Shown one piece after another: positions 39,878 through 49,503 of a DNA stretch of 50,381 bases; within the stretch, counting starts at the first letter, position 1; each line of letters starts with the position of its first letter. Under the pieces are notes generated by a model, which made no database searches, was not told the origin of the DNA, and saw only the letters and a program-made list of their open reading frames with translations. The translations under genes and the position numbers were made by a program. Source of the stretch: Candidatus Babelota bacterium. Lineage in GTDB: Bacteria; Babelota; Babeliae; Babelales; GCA-2401785. The stretch lies in assembly GCA_016871815.1 (NCBI GenBank), contig VHBT01000005.1, positions 1-50,381 on the forward strand, written 5' to 3'.

Positions 39878-42682
39878 TTGTTGAAAAAAATACCTTTCTT
39901 CCTACTTTTTATTTTTTTTATTTCTTCAACCACATGTTATTTTTCACAAAAAATAGATTCGATCGTTTTGAATGCAAAAAATACGATTTCATTAGATGAG
40001 TTTTGCTATTTAACAGATTTTAACGTGGGAAGTATTATCTCAGAAGAAAAAATCGAAAATGCACGCGAGATTTTAAAAGCAAAAAAACGCTTCAAAAGTA
40101 TTTCTCTTAAAACAACTCCTACTGCTGGAGGGGTAACCCTAACATGCACGATCGAACCTGCAATAATCCTCAGAAAAATTCGTATTCATTCCTCTATGAG
40201 TTTGAGGCATTTTTATGAAGCACTGTACACAATTCAACCGGGAGAAATTTTTTCACCAGAAGTGCACAAGCAATCTCTTGATGCTCTCAAAAATCGACTA
40301 CTGTTTGATGGATACCTCAAAGGAACAATTTCTGATTCTATCAACATCGATGAAAAAACACACACCTGCATCATAAATATTTATATTCAACCAGGCCCGC
40401 GTTATTACATAAATAAAGTAGATTTTAAATCCATTTTCCCTCTCAATCCAATGCAACAAAAAGCTTTTCAGGGGGTTATTGCCGCTAAACTTTCAAACCT
40501 TCTCAACCCGCTTATAAAAAAATATCAATACAATCAACCAACCATTAAATCTTGGAATCTGAGAATTAAAAAAGTTCTTTTTGATCTTGGGTTTTTAAAA
40601 ACAACAGTGACTGCCCATGTTTCATTTAATCATAAAAAAAATGCTGCTCATATCGTAATCACGGGAACAATTGAGTCAAAAAAAATAGCTCTTTATGGAA
40701 ACAAAATCTGTTCTGCAAAAGAAATTTTCGACTCATTAAGCTCTCACATTTCAACCAAGGGGGTACTGCAAGAATCGATAGCTAAACATCAACTAAAATT
40801 ATTGTATCAATCAAAAGGATGCTGGAAGCCTCAAATTAAATTTCATGAAACATCTGATTTATTCAAAATCTCAATAGCCGAAGGTCCCCAAATAAAATCT
40901 TCTGATCTAAGAATAAAAACGATTGATGCTAAACCCTTTTATCTGCCTCTAATCACATCAACACAAAAAACCCTCTGCTCAACATCGTTTATAAAAAATA
41001 CGCTCAAAAAAATTAACTCTCTAGCTCAACGACGGGGATACTGGGATTTTGAAATCACTAACACTCGAATGATTTTTAATCACGAACAACCGCGACATTG
41101 TAATCTAGAAATTATCGTAAGGCCGGGAACTCAACGAATACTCAAAGAAATAAAAGTTATAAACACTGATCCAGCAATTTTTAAACACAAGAAAAAAATC
41201 GAAGAGACACTCAAAGATATCCCATTTGATCCAGAAGTCATTTCTAACTTACGGATAACGATTTTAAATGATTTATACCAAGCTGGTTTTTGGCATGCAA
41301 CGGTAGACTGCTCTCTCCAAAACTCAATCTCTAACGAAAATACTGACGAAGGCATTGTAGCTGTTTGTACGATCAATCCAGGAGAACAATCGATCTGCGG
41401 AAAACTTGTCGTGCAAGGATTTACAAAACTTCCCTTCAAGCAAATTCTTAAAAATTGCAACATCAAAGAAGGAAGCGTTTGGGAACAGCAAAAAATTATC
41501 GCCGCACGAAATCAACTCCACAGTTTAGAAATCTTTGAACACATCAAACTCTCTCCAAACCAAATCACCGATCCAAAAAATCCCAAACATATCATCGCTC
41601 AGATTCTAGATGATGATCCATATGAAATTCGATTTAAATTTGGTGTTTTTCTTTCAAACGAGGAGTTGCTCACTGAGCGAAAATATTCTTCTAAAATCGC
41701 TGGCACTTATTTAATTAAAAACCCAACAAATCGTGCTGATATTATCACGATTGCCTGTCAGGCCGATAGGCGAGATCAACATATTTGCCTTGGCTATCGA
41801 ATCCCCGATCTTTTGGGAGAAAACCAAATCAATTCATTTTTGCTGCGCAGCAAAATGCATCACTATCTTCTCAACCTCACCGAACAAAAAAAAGCTCTTC
41901 ATGAGCATAAAGTTGAATTTAAAATCATAACAACCCCGCCACCAATTTTGTATGAGCCTCAATTTGGGTGGAAAGCTGGCATAGAGAGTTCAAGACTCAC
42001 CCAGCTGCATGGAAATCTTAACTTTAACAATAATCTCTTGGATAAAAATTTACTGTCGGTGTATGTCAAACCAACCTACAAAAAAATAGCTCTTGATGAA
42101 CTCAAGCCAATGAGCGAAGGCTCGGTAACTATCGCAAAATGCAAAGTCGCATTTCCTATCATCTCGTATGGCAATTCTCCGGCGATTCGCTGCCAATTTA
42201 AACAACTTTTTGCCAAAAACTTTGGTACACACATCGGTATGCGGCTAACTTTACGCGCTGGCCACATTTTTACCGATTCTGCGTTTTCCAACATTCATCC
42301 CGAAGATAGATTTTTTCTTGGTGGCACAAATTCACTGAGAGGCTATTCAAAAGACACAGTCCCGCCGATTGGAACGTATGTCATGAGTAATGGACAGACG
42401 GGATACACCGTACAAGGGGGCACCAGCATGCTCCAGCTCAACACTGAAATTAAATTTTTAATTCTCAAGAATGCAGAATTACACTTTTTTTATGATCGCG
42501 GTGCTCTCTCGCAATCGTCAATCAATCAACTACTCAAAGACACCTACCGAACAGTTGGGTTTGGTACAAAGTTGTATACACCCCTGGGAATTGTAAAATT
42601 TGATGTTGGCTGGAAACTGAACGTAAGCTTTCCCGAAGAAAACACCTACAACTGGCATCTTTCATTCTCTGGATCGTTCTAA
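39878..42682 (+). CDS. bamA: Outer membrane protein assembly factor BamA (Omp85 family)
   Basis: TTG start (39878 or 39881) and signal peptide. POTRA-like repeats over about 450 aa. C-terminal barrel with RFFLGGTNSLRGYSKD and a terminal ...HLSFSGSF ending in Phe. Confidence 0.88.
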   Translation: MLKKIPFFLLFIFFISSTTCYFSQKIDSIVLNAKNTISLDEFCYLTDFNVGSIISEEKIENAREILKAKKRFKSISLKTTPTAGGVTLTCTIEPAIILRKIRIHSSMSLRHFYEALYTIQPGEIFSPEVHKQSLDALKNRLLFDGYLKGTISDSINIDEKTHTCIINIYIQPGPRYYINKVDFKSIFPLNPMQQKAFQGVIAAKLSNLLNPLIKKYQYNQPTIKSWNLRIKKVLFDLGFLKTTVTAHVSFNHKKNAAHIVITGTIESKKIALYGNKICSAKEIFDSLSSHISTKGVLQESIAKHQLKLLYQSKGCWKPQIKFHETSDLFKISIAEGPQIKSSDLRIKTIDAKPFYLPLITSTQKTLCSTSFIKNTLKKINSLAQRRGYWDFEITNTRMIFNHEQPRHCNLEIIVRPGTQRILKEIKVINTDPAIFKHKKKIEETLKDIPFDPEVISNLRITILNDLYQAGFWHATVDCSLQNSISNENTDEGIVAVCTINPGEQSICGKLVVQGFTKLPFKQILKNCNIKEGSVWEQQKIIAARNQLHSLEIFEHIKLSPNQITDPKNPKHIIAQILDDDPYEIRFKFGVFLSNEELLTERKYSSKIAGTYLIKNPTNRADIITIACQADRRDQHICLGYRIPDLLGENQINSFLLRSKMHHYLLNLTEQKKALHEHKVEFKIITTPPPILYEPQFGWKAGIESSRLTQLHGNLNFNNNLLDKNLLSVYVKPTYKKIALDELKPMSEGSVTIAKCKVAFPIISYGNSPAIRCQFKQLFAKNFGTHIGMRLTLRAGHIFTDSAFSNIHPEDRFFLGGTNSLRGYSKDTVPPIGTYVMSNGQTGYTVQGGTSMLQLNTEIKFLILKNAELHFFYDRGALSQSSINQLLKDTYRTVGFGTKLYTPLGIVKFDVGWKLNVSFPEENTYNWHLSFSGSF

Positions 42683-42685
42683 AAT

Positions 42686-44326
42686 TTAAACCTGTGCTTC
42701 TTGCGCTTCCAAGTCGGCAGTCGCCGCAAGCGTTTGTTGCGCAATAAAACTTCGCGGTCGATAGTCTCTCATGATTTCTCGCGCCATCGCACGCGCACGC
42801 TGACGAACCGTCAAAGGATATTCATGATTAAAAGCCAAAAATTGCTGCAAACTATATTCCATGAAGTTCCACGGACTTGCTCCATTATTTTCTTGTTTAT
42901 ACCCATCAATTTCTCTAAGTCCTCTTGTTCCAAAATTACAAACACCCAGACCTAAGAAATCCGGATCCTGCTCTGCTAAATTAAACAATTGTTGAGGCGT
43001 AAGTTGATTAATCAAATTCTGCGCTGCCTGCAGTTGATCATTAATAACATTAGGCGGAATAATAATCATTCGTCGAATATAATTTAATTGCCGCTTACGA
43101 GCAGCAACAGGGTTGTCTAAACGTCCTGGACCATCGTCCCAAAGTTGATGCGTATACCGAAAAAGATCGTACGCACATTCAGCACCTCCAAACAAATTGT
43201 ATGCTTTTAATAACAAATCATGATGATTAAGTTGATCTATTTTTTGACGCAACCCAGAAGAAAGTTGATCAAAAAGATGTTTGGGTATAAATCCTGTAAC
43301 CGGGAAAAACATTAGATTTTTATCCCACCCCCAACTAAAATCCTCATATTTACAAAAAACATCTTTGACGGGTTGAAATACCTTTGGCAGCTTTTCAAAA
43401 GCGCGATTTATTTGAAATTGCCCGCTTTTGTGAAAACGATATATTTTGTATATCGATGTTGCAAAGTAAGATACAAGTCCTAAAGGAATAAATAACAATT
43501 TAAAAAAAGACTCCATGCTATTAAACATGAGTCGATCAATCCCAGATGCAAAAAAAGCACCCGGCAAAAGAATGTCATTGTTCTGCCTTAAAAAATGATA
43601 TCTTGGTTCATCTGGATTTCTAACTTCTTTTCTAAAATACTCTGAAGTCGACTTTGCTATCCCATTCATAGAGGCACCCATTCCGCAAAGTAATAATACA
43701 TTTTGAGTGCAATACGCAGGAAGTTTTACATCGTGCTCTGCGTTTGGGCGAAATTGCAGATATATTTTATCTGCTTTTTTCAGCACTGAAAGCTCTTTTT
43801 TAACCTGCTGGTGAACTTGATAGACTTCATAGAACTGCCAAGCCATAAGACTCAAGAAAACCATTGCCAAAAATGCTTTTTTTACTGAATTATCTGGGTA
43901 GTGCAACATCATCATCGCTGCGACAACCGCCAACTGCCCGCCCTGCGCAAACGATTTTACCCCATGCAAAAAACCTCGCTTACCCAAAATCGATGGCAAC
44001 ACGTGATACATCATGCGAGAAGCAAAAAGCAAAGCGATCGTAGTTTTTGTATTAAAATCACGATGATCTCCAACAATATTTCGACCCAAATTCAATCGTT
44101 GAAGCAATAAAGATTCGAGGATCGAAAGGCCAACCATCGGTGCAAAAATCTTTTTTGTATTTTCGCGATTCCAATCAGCAGATTGAATTCCAGTGGCAAA
44201 ACCCCCCCAAAACTCCACCGCATTTTTTGCGTATGCTGTTATTTGCAACGAATCTTTTGTTGAACCAGCCGCAGACAGCACGGAAGAAAAAAAAGCTAAA
44301 AATAATACAAAATATCGATTAATCAT
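42686..44326 (-). CDS. Polytopic membrane ORFan, paralog A
   Basis: I prefer the ATG at 44326 (MINRYFVLFLAFFSSVLSAAGS). The track extension to 44395 overlaps the upstream gene. Shares DFNTKTTIAL, NLFGG, SL(Q/R)xFLAF and a C-terminal LEAQE motif with the upstream paralog. Confidence 0.7.
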   Translation of the reverse strand: MINRYFVLFLAFFSSVLSAAGSTKDSLQITAYAKNAVEFWGGFATGIQSADWNRENTKKIFAPMVGLSILESLLLQRLNLGRNIVGDHRDFNTKTTIALLFASRMMYHVLPSILGKRGFLHGVKSFAQGGQLAVVAAMMMLHYPDNSVKKAFLAMVFLSLMAWQFYEVYQVHQQVKKELSVLKKADKIYLQFRPNAEHDVKLPAYCTQNVLLLCGMGASMNGIAKSTSEYFRKEVRNPDEPRYHFLRQNNDILLPGAFFASGIDRLMFNSMESFFKLLFIPLGLVSYFATSIYKIYRFHKSGQFQINRAFEKLPKVFQPVKDVFCKYEDFSWGWDKNLMFFPVTGFIPKHLFDQLSSGLRQKIDQLNHHDLLLKAYNLFGGAECAYDLFRYTHQLWDDGPGRLDNPVAARKRQLNYIRRMIIIPPNVINDQLQAAQNLINQLTPQQLFNLAEQDPDFLGLGVCNFGTRGLREIDGYKQENNGASPWNFMEYSLQQFLAFNHEYPLTVRQRARAMAREIMRDYRPRSFIAQQTLAATADLEAQEAQV

Positions 44327-44339
44327 TCTGAGCCAATAC

Positions 44340-45821
44340 TTATAAAGCGGGAGTCGCCGCAACCGGTTCTTGGGCTTCCAAGCGAGAAACAACACTTAAT
44401 GTCTTGTGTGCTAAATAACTTTTTGGCTTAACCTGAAGAACTTTTCGAGCAAAGACCCGTGCGGTATTCCGCATACGAGCGTCATACCCATCAGCAAATG
44501 CCAAAAACGCTCGTAGTGACTGCTCCATAACGTTGTAATTCTCATTTGGGTTAATATCACTAATATTTACAAATGAACCCGCAACATCAAAAAATGTATT
44601 CCAATATCTTCGATCAACTGTGCCCTTATATTTAATTTCTCCATCTCTGAACCGTGCAAGCAGCTCTTTATTCGATAATGTTTTAATTTCTGGTGAATAT
44701 GAACCATCTCTGTTTACAGCAAAATATCTTGCGCAAGAATTAATTTCTTTTGGATTATCTTGATAATACCATTCCTGCGTATAATCAACCAACCCCTGAG
44801 AATAATATCCGCCAAACAAATTATGCGCATTTATTAATAAATCCTGTTCATTCAATAACGTAATTTGTTCTTGCAAGTCCCAAGAAAGCAGATCAAAAAG
44901 ATCTCTTCTTATAAATTTTTGCTTAAAAATAGCAGGCGAACCAGTAATTTTTGAAACAACGGTAAAAAATAAGGAAGTAAGCGATCTGAGTAAAAGAGCC
45001 GCCCCTTTACCCTCTAAGTAAATACGACTCAAAGGCTCAAAGAAATTTTCGTTCAAAACTCTAGTCTTATAATTCTCATAATCCAATAACCAATTCAACA
45101 AACCATACTTACAAACTTCTTCTTCAAAATGCCTCTTATAACATTCTCTGGTCGTCCAAAAATTAAACCATCCATGAAAAAGCGACTGAAGCTCAAGTCG
45201 AGGAACAAGAACCAAATCTTGATCCCGATCAGACCCGTCAAATACGTATGATCGGTGTTTTAAGGGTAAATGTAACTCTTTGTTTAATGTTTTTATTTCC
45301 TCATCCAATCTGGTTAAAACGCGTTGAATAGCGTACGCTCGCCAAATAATTGTCGCCAATCCAGCAACAAGCACCGCAATACGAACGCGCTCATCTTTTT
45401 TGGGGATCTTTCCTTCCCCAGGAATCATCTGCGAAAGAAGCAAACAGCACAACGCAAATTGCCCGCTCTGAAAGAATGATTTACAACCATCCGCAAGAGA
45501 ACCGCCTCTCATGAAAACGGGGACAACGTGATATAATAATTTAACGCAAAAAAAGAGTGCGATAGTTGTTTTTGTATTAAAATCCTTATCACTACCAACA
45601 ATTTCTCTTGAAAGATCAGTTTTTTTTAACACCAGGCCCTCAAGAACAGAAATACCAGCCTGTGGCAAAAAAACCGTTTTCCAATTTTCTTTTACTTTCC
45701 AGTCCCGTAGCTGAATACCCGTTGCATGCCGAAAGACAAAATCAGCAGTCCAATCTAATGAACCTGCAGCAGACTGCACAGAAGAAAAAAGAGCCAAAAA
45801 TAACAAAAAACAACGTTTCAT
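44340..45821 (-). CDS. Polytopic membrane ORFan, paralog B
   Basis: MKRCFLLFLALFSSVQSAAGS signal. Collinear similarity to paralog A throughout. Confidence 0.7.
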   Translation of the reverse strand: MKRCFLLFLALFSSVQSAAGSLDWTADFVFRHATGIQLRDWKVKENWKTVFLPQAGISVLEGLVLKKTDLSREIVGSDKDFNTKTTIALFFCVKLLYHVVPVFMRGGSLADGCKSFFQSGQFALCCLLLSQMIPGEGKIPKKDERVRIAVLVAGLATIIWRAYAIQRVLTRLDEEIKTLNKELHLPLKHRSYVFDGSDRDQDLVLVPRLELQSLFHGWFNFWTTRECYKRHFEEEVCKYGLLNWLLDYENYKTRVLNENFFEPLSRIYLEGKGAALLLRSLTSLFFTVVSKITGSPAIFKQKFIRRDLFDLLSWDLQEQITLLNEQDLLINAHNLFGGYYSQGLVDYTQEWYYQDNPKEINSCARYFAVNRDGSYSPEIKTLSNKELLARFRDGEIKYKGTVDRRYWNTFFDVAGSFVNISDINPNENYNVMEQSLRAFLAFADGYDARMRNTARVFARKVLQVKPKSYLAHKTLSVVSRLEAQEPVAATPAL

Positions 45822-45987
45822 AGAAAAATAACCTTATAAAAATATTACGCATGAATTTTATTCTATCAATTTAAAATGGTTTAGAATAATCAACAATTTT
45901 CTGGGCAAAAGTGATAAAATTTGACTTATTTGCCAATACTGCTTTTCTAAATGTAAAAAAACGTAAAAAACAATCTTGGAGCCTGCG

Positions 45988-46689
45988 ATGAATTCTTCAG
46001 AAAAATCCCAAAATATTAAAACGTCGGTAATTGAACTGCTCAAATCTGAGCTTTTATGCCATGTTCCCTATGGAATTTTGGCTGTTGCAGCAAGTCTTTT
46101 TGTTGTCTGCTTGATGCTTTTTAACGTCCCAGACGTTGCCGCTTGCGCAAAAAGTGCAAACACCCTCTTTCACACACTGCATTTTATTCATATTTTATTT
46201 GCCTCATCATCAGTTGTGTTGGCATTTCGTAAATATTCAAACAGCTTTTGGGGCTCTCTTTCCCTGGGCGCGATTGTTCCTGCGGTTTTCTGTACCCTCT
46301 CTGACGTCTTTTTACCATACTGGGGAAGTCAATTTTTTGGCCTAAATGTAACCCTGCACCTTTGCTTTAAACATCATTTGACCTCCATTTTACCATTCTT
46401 GATCGCCGGAATCGTTAACGGACTCTTGTTGAGCCACAAAAAAAATTGTGACGACCTGATGTCAAGCGCGATGGTCTCTCATTTCTCTCACTCATTTATC
46501 AGCGCCCTTGCGTCGTTTTTGTACTTGTTAAGCCATGGATTTGCCGATCTTAAGCACGGCATGGGAATTATTTTTATAGTTCTTCTCGTATCGGTGGTAA
46601 TTCCATGTATAATATCCGACGTCATTGTGCCTATTTTTTGCGCAAACGCATTTGACACAAAGGCGTGTGAACACGATTGCAAACACTAA
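45988..46689 (+). CDS. His/Cys-rich polytopic membrane protein (possible metal-ion transporter)
   Basis: I prefer the ATG at 45988 (GGAG 5 nt upstream). About 6 hydrophobic helices. Conserved-looking HTLHFIH, HLCFKHH, SHFSHS and C-terminal CEHDCKH. 22 nt upstream of potA. Confidence 0.6.
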   Translation: MNSSEKSQNIKTSVIELLKSELLCHVPYGILAVAASLFVVCLMLFNVPDVAACAKSANTLFHTLHFIHILFASSSVVLAFRKYSNSFWGSLSLGAIVPAVFCTLSDVFLPYWGSQFFGLNVTLHLCFKHHLTSILPFLIAGIVNGLLLSHKKNCDDLMSSAMVSHFSHSFISALASFLYLLSHGFADLKHGMGIIFIVLLVSVVIPCIISDVIVPIFCANAFDTKACEHDCKH

Positions 46690-46711
46690 TCAGAAAGGTT
46701 TTTGAGGACTG

Positions 46712-47809
46712 ATGAGCGGCTTAAAACTTGAACATGTAACAAAATATTATGGTTCAGAATTGGTAATCGATAACCTCAGCCTGGAAATTCCACAAGGACA
46801 ATTTTTTGCCCTTGCTGGACCAAGCGGGTGTGGCAAAACAACCATTTTACGGCTTATCGCAGGACTTGAAACAGTAAATTCCGGGAACATTTTCCTTGGA
46901 AAAAAAAATATTACCTCCACCCCTATTCACGAACGGAAAATCAACACCGTTTTTCAGAGCTATGCCCTGTTTCCACATCTTTCGGTTTTTGAAAACGTTG
47001 CCTATCCATTGCGCGTTCGCAGAACATCTGAAGATGAAATCGAGGATAAAGTCTTAAAAATACTTAAAACCGTTTGCCTGAGCGGACACGACCAAAAGAT
47101 GATTGGGCAACTTTCGGGCGGGCAACAACAACGCGTTGCACTCGCGCGCTCAATTGTTGCCGAACCAGAAGTCCTTCTGCTTGATGAACCTCTTGCGGCG
47201 CTTGATCAACGACTCAAAGAGCAAATGTTAATCGAACTAATCGATTTACAAGAAAAACTCGGTATGACATTTGTATACATTACACACGATCAGCGCGAAG
47301 CGCTTACTGTCGCCGACCGCATGGCGATCTTAAACGTCAGAGGTCGAGTTGAGCAACTCAGCACACCAAAAAATATTTATGAATTTCCAGCATCACGTTT
47401 TGTTGCAAACTTTGTGGGAACAACCAACATTATTCATGGAATCTTACACAAAGACGACGGCGCACATTGCTACGAGCTTGAAACAACAGATTTTGGAGCA
47501 ATCAAAGTCTATGTACATCACGAACGAAATTGGATCGTCCCTGGCGCGCACTCATACATCAGTCTACGCCCAGAAAAAATCAAAATTACAAAAAAGCGAT
47601 TACCGCATATCGAAAATATTATCACAGGAACAATTAAAAACATTTTGTACCAAGGACAAGCAACGCTGTTTGACGTTGAAATAAGCGAAAACTGTGTCAT
47701 CAAAGTATTTAAGCAAAACGAAGACCACGTGCCTGAAGAAATTTTAAATTATGACGATGAAGTAAACTTGCATTTTTACAAAGAAGATGTCGTTCTCCTG
47801 GAGCATTAA
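46712..47809 (+). CDS. potA: Spermidine/putrescine ABC transporter ATP-binding protein
   Basis: Walker A GPSGCGKTT, signature LSGGQQQRVALARS, Walker B LLLDEPLAALD and a C-terminal TOBE-like domain. Confidence 0.9.
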   Translation: MSGLKLEHVTKYYGSELVIDNLSLEIPQGQFFALAGPSGCGKTTILRLIAGLETVNSGNIFLGKKNITSTPIHERKINTVFQSYALFPHLSVFENVAYPLRVRRTSEDEIEDKVLKILKTVCLSGHDQKMIGQLSGGQQQRVALARSIVAEPEVLLLDEPLAALDQRLKEQMLIELIDLQEKLGMTFVYITHDQREALTVADRMAILNVRGRVEQLSTPKNIYEFPASRFVANFVGTTNIIHGILHKDDGAHCYELETTDFGAIKVYVHHERNWIVPGAHSYISLRPEKIKITKKRLPHIENIITGTIKNILYQGQATLFDVEISENCVIKVFKQNEDHVPEEILNYDDEVNLHFYKEDVVLLEH

Positions 47810-48714
47810 TGATGTCATTTAAAAAAATTATTGAAGCTGAATGGTTCACGTTTTTTTCTACCCCTGCTCTCTTGTGGCAGTCTCTTTTCGTGCTCCTTCC
47901 CCTAAGTATCGTTCTTATTTTCTCATTATTAGACTTTTCTTCAAACTCAATAACGTTAACACTCGCGCACTACAAAGCTATTTGTACAACAACTCATATC
48001 TGGGCAATTCTTAATTCACTGTTATTTTCTGCCCTCACCACCGCAGCATGTATTGTAATTGCATACCCTGTGGCTTACTACATCGCTTTTTGCATTAAAC
48101 AATTTAAACTTTTTTTGTTATTACTTTTGATCATGCCATCATGGACAAATATCGCGACACAAGTGTACGCATGGTTTGTTCTGTTACAAAAAAATGGGCT
48201 TATTAGTTCATTACTCAAAATGTTGTATATCACAAAAGATAGTATGCACCTGCTCAACAACAAACCAGTGATCATCGTTGGTCTTACCTATTGCTTTCTG
48301 CCGTTCATGATTTTACCACTCTACTTGTCGCTCTCAAGTATCAAAAAAAATCTTCTAGAAGCATCTGCTGATCTTGGAGCAACCAATTTTGAAACATTTT
48401 ACAGAGTTATTTTGCCTCTTTCTAAGGGCGGATTAATTAATGGAATTTTATTGGTATCGGTTCCGACTTTTGGAGAATACGCAGTTATCGAAATTCTTGG
48501 TGGAGCGAATTATGCATTATGGGGAAATAACATCGTAAATACTTACTTAGTCGCATCCAATTATGCACAAGGCGCAGCACTTACCGTAGCTGGAATTACT
48601 GCATTTTTACTCTCTATCCTCCTGTGCATCATAACCTACAAACTCATCCGATATATCAAAAATTATAAGCCGACGATGCACGTCCTTGCTCCAGAACGAG
48701 AAGGGGAATATTAA
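47809..48714 (+). CDS. potB: Spermidine/putrescine ABC transporter permease
   Basis: The ATG overlaps the potA stop. Six TM helices. EAA loop LEASADLGATNFETFYRVILPLS. Confidence 0.85.
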   Translation: MMSFKKIIEAEWFTFFSTPALLWQSLFVLLPLSIVLIFSLLDFSSNSITLTLAHYKAICTTTHIWAILNSLLFSALTTAACIVIAYPVAYYIAFCIKQFKLFLLLLLIMPSWTNIATQVYAWFVLLQKNGLISSLLKMLYITKDSMHLLNNKPVIIVGLTYCFLPFMILPLYLSLSSIKKNLLEASADLGATNFETFYRVILPLSKGGLINGILLVSVPTFGEYAVIEILGGANYALWGNNIVNTYLVASNYAQGAALTVAGITAFLLSILLCIITYKLIRYIKNYKPTMHVLAPEREGEY

Positions 48715-48715
48715 C

Positions 48716-49501
48716 ATGAATAGAAATCTTCAATTTTATGTCTTATCTTTTTTCGTTGGCCTGGTGTATGTTTTTATCTATTTTCCCGTAATTTCTTTGT
48801 TCATTCATTCATTCAATGCATCAACACTTGCTGCCAGTTGGGGCGGATTTACCTTCAAGTGGTACTTCTCGTTATTTTCATCGAGCGAAATTTCAAGCGC
48901 ACTTTTTAATTCTCTTTTTATTGCGCTCTCATCAACTTTTTTAAGTGTTTTACTTGGCACAATGTTTGTTTTAAGTACCATAAAAACTCGTCAACAAAAT
49001 TTAGATGCTATTTTTTATCCAAACATTTTCACACCAGATATTGTTCTTGCTATGGCTCTTTTTAATCTTTTTAAATTTTTAGAAATTCCCTGCGGATTTG
49101 TAAGCCTTATTATTGGCCACACGGCAATTGGATTAATTTTTGTTATTCCCATCATTCGAACAAAATTTAATGAACTCGGAAAAGATCTCATCGAAGCCTC
49201 ACTTGATCTAGGAGCCAACTACTGGTACACCACGAAAAACATTCTTCTTCCTCTTCTAAAACCAGCGCTAATAACCGCTTCATTTATGGCTTTCACGTTA
49301 TCTTTAGACGATTTTTTTATTTCTTTTTTTTGCACGGGCCCAGAAATTCAAACGCTTTCTTTGTATATTTTTTCTCGACTCAGGTCTCAAAGCTCACCAG
49401 TGCTCAGCGCTGTTTCATCTTTAATGATTGTTATTAGCTTTATTGTATTATATTGCTCGTACACCATCATTAAAAAGAATGAGTCCGAAAGTGGTCAGTA
49501 A
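48716..49501 (+). CDS. potC: Spermidine/putrescine ABC transporter permease
   Basis: ATG at 48716 follows AAGGGGAA. EAA loop IEASLDLGANYWYTTKNILLPLL. The track start at 48686 lies inside potB. Confidence 0.85.
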   Translation: MNRNLQFYVLSFFVGLVYVFIYFPVISLFIHSFNASTLAASWGGFTFKWYFSLFSSSEISSALFNSLFIALSSTFLSVLLGTMFVLSTIKTRQQNLDAIFYPNIFTPDIVLAMALFNLFKFLEIPCGFVSLIIGHTAIGLIFVIPIIRTKFNELGKDLIEASLDLGANYWYTTKNILLPLLKPALITASFMAFTLSLDDFFISFFCTGPEIQTLSLYIFSRLRSQSSPVLSAVSSLMIVISFIVLYCSYTIIKKNESESGQ

Positions 49502-49503
49502 AA

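Noticed and set aside
44327-44395. N-terminal extension of the 569-aa track ORF
   Set aside because: The extension overlaps the 3' end of the upstream paralog. The internal ATG at 44326 yields a leader nearly identical to that of the paralog.
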